This document shows, in pieces, positions 39,252 to 49,572 of a DNA stretch of 64,000 nt (the stretch's first letter is position 1; each line of letters begins with the position of its first letter). The position numbers were made by a program, and so were the translations under genes. The DNA lies in contig CAWJGT010000014.1 in NCBI GenBank assembly GCA_963842525.1, positions 1-64,000 on the forward strand, in the 5' to 3' direction. The DNA comes from an uncultured Holophagales bacterium (GTDB taxonomy: Bacteria > Acidobacteriota > Thermoanaerobaculia > Multivoradales > UBA5704). The notes under the pieces are model-generated. The model was given only the letters and a program-made list of their open reading frames with translations, was not told the DNA's origin and searched no databases.

Positions 39252-40850
39252 ATGGCCCCGACGGACCAGGGTGCCGTTGCCCCCGAGGAGCTGTCCCGCA
39301 GGCGCAGAAAGGCCCTGCTCTTGGGCTTCCTCTTTCTCGGCCTGCCGGCGCTCGTCGTTCTCTGGGCGCTCTTCCGCTTCACCGGCGACCGTCCGGTCGA
39401 GTATGCGGACGACGTCGCGCACTTCAAGTACGGCTCGACCGGCGGCGAGCGCCTGACGGGTATCCCCTACTGGATCTGGGTGGCCCTCCCTGAGGTCTTC
39501 CCCGAGTACCTGCCGGACAAGACCCCCGGCCGCGGCTACAGCTCGTTCGGGATGATCTACGAGAAGGGGAAGGATCCGCGATACGCCCTGCCGGTGGGCG
39601 TGTCGAGGCGCACGGTGCAAGGCATCGAGAGGGTCTACCTGAACTGCGCCGTCTGCCACACCGGCACGGTGCGGGACGCACGCGGCGCCGAGCCGCGGGT
39701 GATCGCCGGCATGCCCGCCAACACCTTCGACATCGGCGCCTGGGGCCAATTCCTCACCGCGATCGCCCGCGATCAGAAGTTCACGCCGCAGCGGCTGCTC
39801 GATCAGGTCCGGGTGATGGAAGACGATCCCGACCGCCTCGTCGGCGAGCCCGATCTGGTCAATCGGCTGATCTTCCGCTACGTCGCCGTCTATCGGATGC
39901 GCGACCAGCTCCTGATGCTGCGCCAGCGGACGAGCTTCATCGATTTCGCGAGTTGGGGCCCGGGCCGGGACGATACCTTCGGCCCCAACAAGGCCTTCTT
40001 CAACTTCCCCATGGACCACGCCGACCCCGCCGAGCTCAACGGCTTCGCCGACTTCCCGTCGATCTGGAACCAGGGGCCACGCCAGGAGAGGAAGATGCAG
40101 CTCCACTGGGACGGCAACAACGACCAGGTCACCGAGCGCAACCTGAACGCCGCCTTCGGCACCGGCGCCTACCCGCCGACGATCGACGCCGAGAGCGTCC
40201 AGCGCACCGCAAGATGGCTCGAAAGGACCGCCCAGCCGCCACCCTATCCCTACGCCCTCGACAAGATGCTCGCGGCCAAGGGCAAGCCGATCTACCAGCA
40301 CTACTGCGCCGGCTGCCACGGCACCCGCGAGCCGCCGTTCAGTCACAACCCACCGCTGCCGAACGAGCACGTGGGAAAGGTAATTCCGATCGCCGCGATC
40401 GGCACCGACCGCCACCGCCTCGATTCCTTCACCTGGCTGCTCGCGGTCAATCTAGGCACCAACTACGCCGGCTACGGGAGAGAGGCGGGGCGAGCCGATT
40501 ACCCGGCGCGCTTCACCCACTACCGCAAGACCTACGGCTACGCCAATACGCCGCTCGACGGCCTCTGGCTGCGCGCCCCCTATCTGCACAACGGCTCGGT
40601 CCCCACGCTGGCGGACCTGCTCGAGCCGCCGGAGAACCGCCCCAAAGACTTCTACCGTGGCGACGACGTCTACGACCCGGTCCGCGTCGGCTTCGTGTCG
40701 AACGTCGCGCGTGAGGGAAAACGCAAATACTTTGCGTTCCATACCCGGAAGCCGGGCAATTCCAATGCGGGTCACACGGGGCCGGCCTATGGGACGGACC
40801 TGCCGGCCGAGCAAAAACGGGCGCTTCTCGAGTACCTGAAGACCTTTTGA
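39252..40850 (+). CDS. Di-heme c-type cytochrome, RoxA/CCP-MauG-like
   Basis: N-terminal TM; CAVCH and CAGCH; LDGLWLRAPYLHNGSVPTL; ALLEYLKTF. Confidence 0.85.
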   Translation: MAPTDQGAVAPEELSRRRRKALLLGFLFLGLPALVVLWALFRFTGDRPVEYADDVAHFKYGSTGGERLTGIPYWIWVALPEVFPEYLPDKTPGRGYSSFGMIYEKGKDPRYALPVGVSRRTVQGIERVYLNCAVCHTGTVRDARGAEPRVIAGMPANTFDIGAWGQFLTAIARDQKFTPQRLLDQVRVMEDDPDRLVGEPDLVNRLIFRYVAVYRMRDQLLMLRQRTSFIDFASWGPGRDDTFGPNKAFFNFPMDHADPAELNGFADFPSIWNQGPRQERKMQLHWDGNNDQVTERNLNAAFGTGAYPPTIDAESVQRTARWLERTAQPPPYPYALDKMLAAKGKPIYQHYCAGCHGTREPPFSHNPPLPNEHVGKVIPIAAIGTDRHRLDSFTWLLAVNLGTNYAGYGREAGRADYPARFTHYRKTYGYANTPLDGLWLRAPYLHNGSVPTLADLLEPPENRPKDFYRGDDVYDPVRVGFVSNVAREGKRKYFAFHTRKPGNSNAGHTGPAYGTDLPAEQKRALLEYLKTF

Positions 40851-40864
40851 AGGGAGCGCGAGCC

Positions 40865-42343
40865 ATGCTCTGGAAGCGAATCGATTGGCGCAAGGTCGTG
40901 ACCGGGATCGTCGTCCTGGCCATCCTCGCGGTGCCCCTGGCCCTGATCGCCTGGTACAAGATCTTCCGCGAGGTACCGCAGGACGCGTGGATCACCTCCA
41001 ATGACCGGAACAACTTCCTCTACGGCTCGATCGGCGGGGAGGAAGAGCTCGGCATGCCGTACTGGATCTGGCTGGTGCTGCCGCGCATGTTCCCCGAGTA
41101 CCTGCCGGGGCCTGGCGGATATGCCTCGGTGGGCATCCCCTGGGAGGAAGGCAAGGAGATGCCGGCAGGCTTCACCAAGCGGACGATCGGCTTCCCGCGG
41201 GTCGGCAACAACTGCGCGCTCTGCCACGCCACGTCCTACCGCACGAAGGAGGAGGAGACCCCGATCGTCGTGCCGGCGGGCCCCGGCAATACGCAGCACG
41301 TCCAGGCCCTCATCGCGTTCTTCATGCGGGCCGCCCAGGACCCGCGGTTCAACGCCGACAACATCCTGGCCGAGATCGATCAGGTCTACAAACTGTCGTT
41401 TGTCGACAGGCTGCTCTACCGCTATGCCTTCATCCCCCGCACCCGCGACGCTCTGATCGAACAGGGCAAGCAGTTCGGCTGGGCGGCGGAGCGCCCGCCT
41501 TGGGGTCCGGGCCGCGACGCGCCGATGAACCTGACGAAGTTCAACTTCCTCAAGATGCACGTCGACAACAGCGTCGACACCACGGACTTCCCGGCGATCT
41601 GGCACCTTGCGGCCCGCGAGCAGAAGGGGCGCACCTACGAGGAGGGCAAGCCTGTCACCGCCCGGACCATGCTGATGAACCTGGACGGAGCCACGACCTC
41701 CTTCCGCTCGGTGGTCATCGACTCGGCCCTGGGCCTGGGGGCCAGGAACACTCCGTTTTTCAACCACCGCATCCCCGAGATGCTGGAATGGCTGAAGGTC
41801 TTCAAGCCGCCCGCCTACCCGCTGCCCGTCGACCGGCCGAAGGCGGCGCGCGGCCAGCTCGTATTCGAGGCCCAATGCGGCTCCTGCCACACCCCCGGCC
41901 GCGACAACCGCATGGGTACGGTCATCCCCATTGCGGAGGTCGGCACCGACGTCGAGCGCCTCGACACCTGGCGAGGGACTGGCGCGGCGAAGCGCGCCAA
42001 CGAGAGGGTCGCGTCGATGGGGATCACACGGACTCCGATGATCGAGACCGACGGCTATATCGCCGTGCATCTCGACGGCCTCTGGCTGCGCGCGCCGTAC
42101 CTGCACAACGGCTCGGTGCCCACGCTGCGGGCGCTGCTCGACTCGCCGGACCAGCGGCCCAACACCTTCTACCGTGGCTACAACGTGCTGGACCCGGTCG
42201 ACGTCGGCTACGTCAGCACCGGACCCGAGGGCTGGCGCTTCGACACTGCCCAACGAGGCAACGGCAACGGCGGCCATCTCTGGGGAACGGCGTTGGCGCC
42301 GGCCGAAAAGGACGACCTGCTCGAGTATCTGAAGACGCTGTGA
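40865..42343 (+). CDS. Di-heme c-type cytochrome, paralog of the preceding gene
   Basis: CALCH and CGSCH; PYWIW, WGPGRD, LDGLWLRAPYLHNGSVPTL shared. Confidence 0.85.
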   Translation: MLWKRIDWRKVVTGIVVLAILAVPLALIAWYKIFREVPQDAWITSNDRNNFLYGSIGGEEELGMPYWIWLVLPRMFPEYLPGPGGYASVGIPWEEGKEMPAGFTKRTIGFPRVGNNCALCHATSYRTKEEETPIVVPAGPGNTQHVQALIAFFMRAAQDPRFNADNILAEIDQVYKLSFVDRLLYRYAFIPRTRDALIEQGKQFGWAAERPPWGPGRDAPMNLTKFNFLKMHVDNSVDTTDFPAIWHLAAREQKGRTYEEGKPVTARTMLMNLDGATTSFRSVVIDSALGLGARNTPFFNHRIPEMLEWLKVFKPPAYPLPVDRPKAARGQLVFEAQCGSCHTPGRDNRMGTVIPIAEVGTDVERLDTWRGTGAAKRANERVASMGITRTPMIETDGYIAVHLDGLWLRAPYLHNGSVPTLRALLDSPDQRPNTFYRGYNVLDPVDVGYVSTGPEGWRFDTAQRGNGNGGHLWGTALAPAEKDDLLEYLKTL

Positions 42344-42386
42344 AACAGAAGGCCGAAAGAGGCATATACCGCAGGAGGGTTCAAAC

Positions 42387-44801
42387 ATGAGGACGACGAT
42401 CAGGATCGCCGGTGCGGTGCTGCTCCTGGCGCTCGCCATGGCCGGCAGCCCCGCGCACACCGAGCGTCTCTATAGCGACGAGGACCAGGGGTTCCGCCTC
42501 TCCGAGAAGGGCCTGAGCGACAAGGAGATGGCGGGAGCCGAGCTCTGGTACAAGGCGACGGCCGGCACCTCGCGCTTCACCACCTACGTGTTCCAGCAGC
42601 GCATGGGAGTGCTCATCGACTGGTACCGCGTGCTGCGCGCCGACCAGCGCGGCGAGCGCTTCAAGATCTGGGGCCTGATGCACGATCCCGGCTGCTGCGT
42701 GCCCGGCTCGCCCGGCTGTCCGGCGAAGAGCCTGGATGAGACCTACGGCTTCGAGTGGTGCCCCGGGGACAAGGAGCTGCTGCAGCACGTAGGCAGGACC
42801 GGTTACCGCGATCCGGGCTGCGACTTCAAGGACCCGGACGGCCCGGGCGACAAGCAGAACCCGTGCGACCTCGAGTTCGGCACCTCGACCGGCGCCCTGG
42901 GGTTCCGCAAGTTCCCCAACCCGCGTTTCGACGCCGAGAAGTGGCGCAAGGTCAACGGCGGCCAGCTCGGCACCTGGGAGGGTTACGCCCGCCGCTTCCC
43001 CTCCGGCGACGGCTCGACCGCGATGGTCAGCCATCTCGCCGATCCGTCGATCGAGCCGCCGTTCCTCATCGGCATGGCGTGCAGCGCCTGCCACGTCTCG
43101 TTCAACCCGGCGAACCCGCCGAAGGACCCGGCGAGCCCCGAGTGGGAGAACCTGAAGCTCCTGGTCGGCAACCAGTACATCCGCTCCTCCGAGATCATGG
43201 CCTCGGGCATGCCCACCGACAGCCCGGAGTGGCAGCTCTTCTCCCATGAGCGGCCGGGCACGGTGGACACCTCGGCCATCCCCAACGACATCGTGCACAA
43301 CCCGGGAACGATGAACGCCATCATCAACTTCACCCAGCGCCCCACGTTCGCCAACGAAAAGGTGATGAAGTGGCGCAAGACCCAGAGCTGCCCCGCCGGG
43401 GCCGCCGACACCTCCTGCTGGTGCGAGCCGGGCAAGCCCGGCAAGTGCTGGGAGCGCAGCCTCAAGGAGGAGACCGTGCCCCACGTGCTCAAGGGGGGCG
43501 AGGACTCGGTCGGCCTGAACGAGGCCATCCAGCGCGTCTACTTCAACATCGGCTCCTGCTCCGAGGAGTGCTGGCTCAACCACCTGACCGACCTGCGGCA
43601 GCTCGACCCGCAGGCCCGCAACTTCGGCCAGACCCCGTTCGACATCGGCCAGTGCCGCCGCGACTGCGCGGGCTTCCGCGCCATCGAGGACCGCCTCGAC
43701 TTCATCGCCTCGTTCCTCCTGTCGGCGCAGCCCACGGACCTCTACCAGGCCCGCAAGCTCGACGACCGTGGCGACCTGGTCGAGCAGCTCGACGCGGAAT
43801 TCGGCCAGGGTGCCGTGGCCCGCGGCCAGAAGGTGTTCGCGGCCAACTGCGCCCGCTGCCATTCGAGCCAGCCCGAGCCCTTCGAAGGGCGCGACTTCCT
43901 GGCCGAGAAGAGCGGCCACCGCATCGACTGGCTGGGCAACGACAAGGCGACCCCCGTCTCCGAGGTGGGGACGTATCGCTGCCGCTCCCTCCACTCGAAC
44001 CACATGAAAGGGCATGTCTGGGACGAGTACGGCTCCGAGACCTACCGCGAGCGGGCGGGTGACCCGAATATTCCTGACGTATCGGGAGGCGGCCGGGGCT
44101 ACTACCGCAACATCTCCTTGATCAACGCCTGGGCTTATGCCCCCTTCCTGCACAACAACTCCATCGGCCCCGAGGTGTGCGGCAAGCCGTCGATCCCCGG
44201 CACCGACCTCTATCGCTCTCCCTATGTCGAGCCGGGCTCCTACAAGCGGGTTGCGAACGCGCCCGACTGTTGGGAGTACGACCCCAGCGTGGAGGGGCGC
44301 TACAAGCTCTTCAAGGCCTCGATGGAGGACCTGCTCAAGCCCCCCGCGGAGCGGGCTCCGAAAGCCAGCCTCCTCGACGACGACATCCGCATCGAGCTCG
44401 GGCCGCGGACGTTCCGCCATCGCAAGGCCCGGACCTTCAAGATCAGCGTTCCCGAAGGGCTACCCGCGGGCCGGCTCGTCAGCCTGGACTTCAAGCCCTT
44501 CGTCGCGGACATGGTGCGCGCCAGGACCGACCGCGCAAATCTCAAGAAAGAGCTCACCACGCGCCTCGGCTCGGGGCAGGAAGCGAACAAGCGGATGCGC
44601 TGGCTCAACCAGATGCGCCGCCGCATCCTGAAGAACGCGGTATTCACCCAGAGCCTGCGGCTCAGCCCCGAGGATGCCACGGCCCTCTTCAAGATGTACG
44701 ACACCTGTACCGCTGATGTCGAGAACGCGGGGCACCCGTTCGGCACGAGCCTTTCCGCCGAAGACAAGAAGGCGCTGACCGCCTTCCTGGCGACTCTGTG
44801 A
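42387..44801 (+). CDS. Secreted Cys-rich di-heme cytochrome c (distant CCP/RoxA-like)
   Basis: Signal peptide; CSACH and CARCH; WAYAPFLHNNS; ENAGHPFG..ALTAFLATL. Confidence 0.8.
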   Translation: MRTTIRIAGAVLLLALAMAGSPAHTERLYSDEDQGFRLSEKGLSDKEMAGAELWYKATAGTSRFTTYVFQQRMGVLIDWYRVLRADQRGERFKIWGLMHDPGCCVPGSPGCPAKSLDETYGFEWCPGDKELLQHVGRTGYRDPGCDFKDPDGPGDKQNPCDLEFGTSTGALGFRKFPNPRFDAEKWRKVNGGQLGTWEGYARRFPSGDGSTAMVSHLADPSIEPPFLIGMACSACHVSFNPANPPKDPASPEWENLKLLVGNQYIRSSEIMASGMPTDSPEWQLFSHERPGTVDTSAIPNDIVHNPGTMNAIINFTQRPTFANEKVMKWRKTQSCPAGAADTSCWCEPGKPGKCWERSLKEETVPHVLKGGEDSVGLNEAIQRVYFNIGSCSEECWLNHLTDLRQLDPQARNFGQTPFDIGQCRRDCAGFRAIEDRLDFIASFLLSAQPTDLYQARKLDDRGDLVEQLDAEFGQGAVARGQKVFAANCARCHSSQPEPFEGRDFLAEKSGHRIDWLGNDKATPVSEVGTYRCRSLHSNHMKGHVWDEYGSETYRERAGDPNIPDVSGGGRGYYRNISLINAWAYAPFLHNNSIGPEVCGKPSIPGTDLYRSPYVEPGSYKRVANAPDCWEYDPSVEGRYKLFKASMEDLLKPPAERAPKASLLDDDIRIELGPRTFRHRKARTFKISVPEGLPAGRLVSLDFKPFVADMVRARTDRANLKKELTTRLGSGQEANKRMRWLNQMRRRILKNAVFTQSLRLSPEDATALFKMYDTCTADVENAGHPFGTSLSAEDKKALTAFLATL

Positions 44802-44818
44802 TGCGGAGGAGAACGACG

Positions 44819-45727
44819 ATGCGAACCCACCTGAGATTGGCAATCCTCGCCGCCGCTCTGCCGCTCCTCGCCAACTGCGCAAGCGGCGGTGGCACGACGA
44901 CGACCCCCGCGGTGACCGCCGCGCGGCCGAACATCCCCTTTGCCGCCGTGGACGGCAAGGGCTACGCCGGCAAGCCGGATTTCGCCCGCGTCGAGCGCCT
45001 GCACCCCCTGACCCCGGAGCAGCGCGCGGCGCTGACTCCCGAGAGCCTCGCGACGCTCACCCACGAGGAGCTCGACCAGCTCTATGCCCGCCTCACCGCC
45101 GGTCCGATCCCGGAGGGTCCCTACCAGGGGACGGTAATCTTCGGTGCCGGCGGCGGCCTGCGGCGCCTCAAGGAGATCCTGGGCGGAGGCGTCAAGGGGT
45201 TCCTCGCCGACCGCGCGGTCGACGACCTCCAAGAGGCCGCCGAGGCGCTGTGGAAAGGGAAGGTCTTCTACCGCGACCAGATGGAGCTGCGCAACCAGAT
45301 CACCAACCGCAAGAGGCTGGCGCGCCTGCTCAAGGCCGACCTCTCGAAAATACGTACGGCGACGATCGAAGGCCGCGAGGTGGGCCTGCTCTTCCCGGCC
45401 AAGCTCTATTGCGGCCAGAGCCTGCTCGACAGCCGGCGCGAGTCGGTGATCATCGACTACTTCTTCGGCGACGAGATCGACGGCTACATCCCCGAGATCG
45501 ACGAGCTCGCCGGACGCAACGGCCTCCAGATCCGCGACGAAATCCGCATGGTCCGTCCCGGCTTCTATCTCGGCCGCGCCTACGTGGGGAAGATCTTCCT
45601 CCTCAACTTCACGCTCTACAAGAAGGACGTGGCCGAGGGCGGCAAGGCCGAGTTCGCGAGCACGGGTAAGGTCCACGAAGACTGCCGGCCGGGCGCCCAG
45701 CAGGTCACCCGGACCGCGGGCCGTTGA
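44819..45727 (+). CDS. Hypothetical lipoprotein
   Basis: Lipobox LANC; LWKGKVF, IRDEIRMVRPGFYLGRAY. Confidence 0.8.
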   Translation: MRTHLRLAILAAALPLLANCASGGGTTTTPAVTAARPNIPFAAVDGKGYAGKPDFARVERLHPLTPEQRAALTPESLATLTHEELDQLYARLTAGPIPEGPYQGTVIFGAGGGLRRLKEILGGGVKGFLADRAVDDLQEAAEALWKGKVFYRDQMELRNQITNRKRLARLLKADLSKIRTATIEGREVGLLFPAKLYCGQSLLDSRRESVIIDYFFGDEIDGYIPEIDELAGRNGLQIRDEIRMVRPGFYLGRAYVGKIFLLNFTLYKKDVAEGGKAEFASTGKVHEDCRPGAQQVTRTAGR

Positions 45728-45766
45728 TGGAGATGTGGACCCTTGGCGCCGGCAGTCCGCAACCGC

Positions 45767-48031
45767 ATGGCCCGGATCATCCTCGGCGCCGGGGTCCTCG
45801 CTACAGCCGGCCTCCTCTGGTTGCAGACGGCCCGGGGTGACGTGCCACCCCGGGGTCCGGTCTTCGAACAGGCTGCCCTCCCGGCCGGAGCGGCCTGGGC
45901 CGTGGATCCTCAGGACCCCGGCCCCAACCTTCCGCCCGCCGGCCGCTCCCTCTTCGACCTCCTGACCACCCATCTGGAGACACCGGAAGGGACGGCCCGG
46001 GTCCAGCGGGTGCCCTTCCCCTTCTCCGACCTCCTCGCCGCGATCGAGGCGCGGCTCGGGCGGCGGCCCGGCGAGCCCTCGCCCCTCAAGGGCGTCTTGA
46101 TCCCGCTCGGCCGCTCCCTCCAGCGCAACGCCGCCGGCACCGAGCTCTTCCGCTACCCCCGCGCGGTCGTGGCCGTGGATACCGAGGCCGCGGAGGGCGG
46201 GCTGTTCCTCAAAGACCGTCTCTACCTCGGCTATCACGAGAAGGCCGAGATCCTCGAGGTCCTCAGCTACAACGAGACGGCCGGCAGGTTCGAGTTCCAG
46301 ATCGTCCGCGACTACCGTCCGGGCGGCGAGGCCCGAGTGGTCTATGCCAACCGCGCGGTCTGCACCGCCTGCCACCAAGGAGGCGGACCGATCTTCGCCC
46401 GCCAGCTCTGGGACGAGACCAACGCCAACAAAGAGGTGGCACAGCTCCTCGCCGCCGAGAGGCGCGACTTCTACGGCCTGCCGGTCGGCCAGGGAGTCGA
46501 CATCCCCTACGCGATCGACGTCGCCACCGACCGGGCCAACCGCCTGGCCGTCTACCAGCTCCTCTGGCGCGAGGGGTGCGGCAACGGCGAGAAGGCGATC
46601 CGCTGCCGGGAGGCTGCATTCATCGCGGCTCTCCAACGCCGGCTCTCCGGCGGGGTCCTGCACGATACGGAGACGGAGAGCTTCCGCGAAGGCTTCGTCC
46701 GCACCGCCCGGAGCGCCTGGGAGGCACGCTGGCCCCAGGGGCTCGCCATTCCCGACCCGGACCTCCTCAACCGCGATCCCCTGACGACGAAAGGATCGGG
46801 CCCCGTGGCCGTGAGCGTGCCGGCGACCCTCCGCCCGGACGAGGCACAGCGGCTGGGCGGCCTCGTGCAGCGCTCCCACGTGCCGGCCATCTTCGAGCCG
46901 CTCAATCCCCGGCCGCCGCTGGAGGTCTGGACGGCCGCGGGCGCGGACGACAAGGGGCCAGGCCGCCTGATCTCCGGGCTGGGCGAATTCCTCACCTCCG
47001 AGGAGGTCCGGAGGCTCGACCAGCACCTCTTCGCTGCCGGGAGCCGGCCGGCGAGCCCGCGGGAGAGCATCACCGCTCCCTGCGAGGTGGCGGTGCAGAG
47101 GCGGGAGGGGGCCGCGGAGAGGGTCAAGATCAAGTGCTCTGCCGCAGGACGCCTCGCCCTGGAGGGACGATTCTTCCTGGACGGGGGCCGGGTGACGGGC
47201 GGGACGATCGAGCGCCTGGAGACCACCGGAGGCGTCCTGCGCGACCTCGACGTGACCGGAGGGACGGTCACGGCAGCGGACGGGCGCCGCGAGGTCGAGG
47301 CCGCGGTGGCCCAGAAGCTCTCGGGCCTCCACGCCCGCAGGGCCGACGGCAACGCCCTGGAGCGACTGCGGCTCACCTGGCGGGACGGCGAGGCGGCCGG
47401 CGAGGTCACGGCAGGCTTCCTCGCCGACTTCGACGCCGCCGAGGCCGTGATCGGGAAGCTCGCGGACCGCACGGAGAGCGGCGCAAGCGACGCCTTCTCG
47501 TCCCTGCCCTTCCGCCGCGCCGCCACCCTGGGCCCCCTGTTCGCCGGGCTCGGAATGGAGCCCGGCTCCTGCTGCCTCGACGAGTCCGGGCTGCCACCCC
47601 CCGTCCTGGAGCCGGACGGCGCGGCCGGGCCCGACGACTTCCCCGAGCCGGCGGTCAAGGCGCTCTACAGCTATTGCGCCCGCTGCCACGCCACGCCCGA
47701 GGTCTCGCCGCCCAACTTCCTCTACGGCGACGCTGCGAGCGTCCGTTCGAACCTCGCCCACTGCGCGGAGCGGATCTTCTTCCGCCTCGATGTCTGGCGC
47801 CTGCCTGCGGCAGAGCGGCCCAAGACCCCGATGCCGCCGATCCACTCCCTCGCCGGCCTCGGCCTGGCCACCGAGAGCTGGCCCGACGATCCCGTTCTGG
47901 ACCTCCTGCGGCAACACGCCGCCGGCCTCCTGCGTACACAGATAGGGGCCGCCCCACGCCTGGAAGCTCTGGAGGCGCGGGGCTACGAGAACCTGCAGAG
48001 CTGTTTGCCGCCGGCGCTTGCGGCGCGGTGA
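45767..48031 (+). CDS. Exported c-type cytochrome (two CxxCH), unknown function
   Basis: N-terminal hydrophobic segment; CTACH and CARCH; exact start uncertain. Confidence 0.75.
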   Translation: MARIILGAGVLATAGLLWLQTARGDVPPRGPVFEQAALPAGAAWAVDPQDPGPNLPPAGRSLFDLLTTHLETPEGTARVQRVPFPFSDLLAAIEARLGRRPGEPSPLKGVLIPLGRSLQRNAAGTELFRYPRAVVAVDTEAAEGGLFLKDRLYLGYHEKAEILEVLSYNETAGRFEFQIVRDYRPGGEARVVYANRAVCTACHQGGGPIFARQLWDETNANKEVAQLLAAERRDFYGLPVGQGVDIPYAIDVATDRANRLAVYQLLWREGCGNGEKAIRCREAAFIAALQRRLSGGVLHDTETESFREGFVRTARSAWEARWPQGLAIPDPDLLNRDPLTTKGSGPVAVSVPATLRPDEAQRLGGLVQRSHVPAIFEPLNPRPPLEVWTAAGADDKGPGRLISGLGEFLTSEEVRRLDQHLFAAGSRPASPRESITAPCEVAVQRREGAAERVKIKCSAAGRLALEGRFFLDGGRVTGGTIERLETTGGVLRDLDVTGGTVTAADGRREVEAAVAQKLSGLHARRADGNALERLRLTWRDGEAAGEVTAGFLADFDAAEAVIGKLADRTESGASDAFSSLPFRRAATLGPLFAGLGMEPGSCCLDESGLPPPVLEPDGAAGPDDFPEPAVKALYSYCARCHATPEVSPPNFLYGDAASVRSNLAHCAERIFFRLDVWRLPAAERPKTPMPPIHSLAGLGLATESWPDDPVLDLLRQHAAGLLRTQIGAAPRLEALEARGYENLQSCLPPALAAR

Positions 48032-48087
48032 GGCCTGCCCTCATCAGGGCTCCGTCAAAATCATCGTAGCGGGGGCCTCCCTCCGCA

Positions 48088-48240
48088 CCCTCACCCCCCG
48101 TCCCCCTCTCCCATCCGCACTCACGCCCACCCGGGAGAGGGGGCGCCACCGCCCAAAGCCTTGAAAAAACGAGCGTTGGGGGTTCCCCCTCTCCCGGGAG
48201 GATGGGCGTGCGGATGGGAGAGGGGGTCAGGGGGTGAGGG
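48088..48240. repeat. Family A palindromic element
   Basis: CCCTCACCCCC..CTCTCCCATCCGCAC / GTGCGGATGGGAGAG..GGGGTGAGGG. Confidence 0.9.
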
Positions 48241-48365
48241 TCTTGGGGCGGGGGAAACTCCGTCTCCCCCCGACTTTGACCGAGCCCCGGCCCCCGCCCG
48301 TCTGGGCTTGACGTGCGGCCTGGCGTCTCCGAAGATGAGGCATCACGATCCTGCGGAGGTCTCAC

Positions 48366-48821
48366 ATGCGGCTCCATCGAATGGCTCTCCTCGTCTTCCT
48401 GACCTCCGTCCTGGCGTGCGGCGGCTCCGGCGGCTCCTCCCCCACCGAGCCGCCACCGTCGTCGAATCCAGTCGCCCTGGAGGGATCGTGGAGCGGGAAC
48501 ATCACGGTCACGACTCCCGGCAATGCCGCGACCACCTGCACAACCCGCCTGACACTCTTTCTCGACCAGCAGGTCTACCTGGGGAACTGGGAAGCCCAGT
48601 GCGCGAACGGCACCGAAGGGCGGGGGGTCGCAAACGCCATCCTCGGCCCCTTCGACCTGGCGATCGTCAGCGGCCTCCTGGGCCAGACGGTCTTCGGCGG
48701 CTGTGGCTGGGGGTCCACCGCGATCCGCGAGGGCAACCGTCTCCGGGGGGAATGGAGCACGCCGGAGAACTGCCCGACCGGGCCCGTCCTGCGTGGCCGG
48801 ATCGAGCTGACGAAGCAGTAG
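48366..48821 (+). CDS. Hypothetical lipoprotein
   Basis: RBS GGAGG; lipobox VLAC followed by a GGSGGSSPT linker. Confidence 0.8.
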   Translation: MRLHRMALLVFLTSVLACGGSGGSSPTEPPPSSNPVALEGSWSGNITVTTPGNAATTCTTRLTLFLDQQVYLGNWEAQCANGTEGRGVANAILGPFDLAIVSGLLGQTVFGGCGWGSTAIREGNRLRGEWSTPENCPTGPVLRGRIELTKQ

Positions 48822-49054
48822 GATTCTGGCTCTGAAGCGACAGAGCCGCCGGCAGCGTCGCGCGGGTGGCGGGTGTCCATGAGAAAAGATTGGGCTCTCG
48901 CCGGGGCTCTGGCGACCTCCCCACGGCCTGAACTTTCACGCGCCGGCTGAATTCTCCCACGCGCTAAGTTATCTGGAGGTGTGGCCACGGCCGGGCCGAG
49001 CCTCCTCTGACGCATAAGAACTTCCCGTGTGCCTGAGAGGTTTTTGGGAAGTTG

Positions 49055-49253
49055 AGCCCCGCAGGGGCGGACGGAATTAGCCCGGGCATTCATGCCCGGG
49101 AAGGGAAGGCCAAATCCTCCATCCAGCCCCGTCAGGGGCGGCAGGAGGCCTGTCAGCCGGATTCCTGTCGCCCCTGGCGGGGCTCCGGGAATTTTGGATG
49201 CCTGATTCCCGGGCATGAATGCCCGGGCTAATCCCGGCCGCCCCTGCGGGGCT
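49055..49253. repeat. Nested palindromic element, family C (AGCCCCG..AGGGGCG), REPIN-like
   Basis: Outer arms AGCCCCGCAGGGGCGG..TTAGCCCGGGCATTCATGCCCGGGA and their inverse; inner related hairpin. Confidence 0.8.
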
Positions 49254-49572
49254 GATTTCCAGACACCCCTGAAACGCCAAGCGCACGTAAGGTTGGATGC
49301 GATCTGCCCAACCTCCTTCGCTTGTCGAGCATGACGTAGTTGCGACTTTCGCGGCACAGGGCTCCAGAATGCTTCTCCAAGTGCCTCGCCGGCCTTGACG
49401 CAGGTTAGAAAGAGGTGTAGAGTGCCGCTAAGTCGAAGAGGATAAGCACCTTGCACGCTCGACACCCTGGGACCGGCCGTGGAGTCAACCCGCAGGTTTT
49501 GTCGTATTGGCCTGCGAGCGGGGTGACGGCGAATATGTGAGGCAGGGGTTCGCCGCAAGCTAGGTACGAGCG

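Noticed and set aside
44300-47917. 1205-aa minus-strand ORF and many other long overlapping ORFs
   Set aside because: These are antisense or alternate-frame shadows of real high-GC genes, with no motifs.
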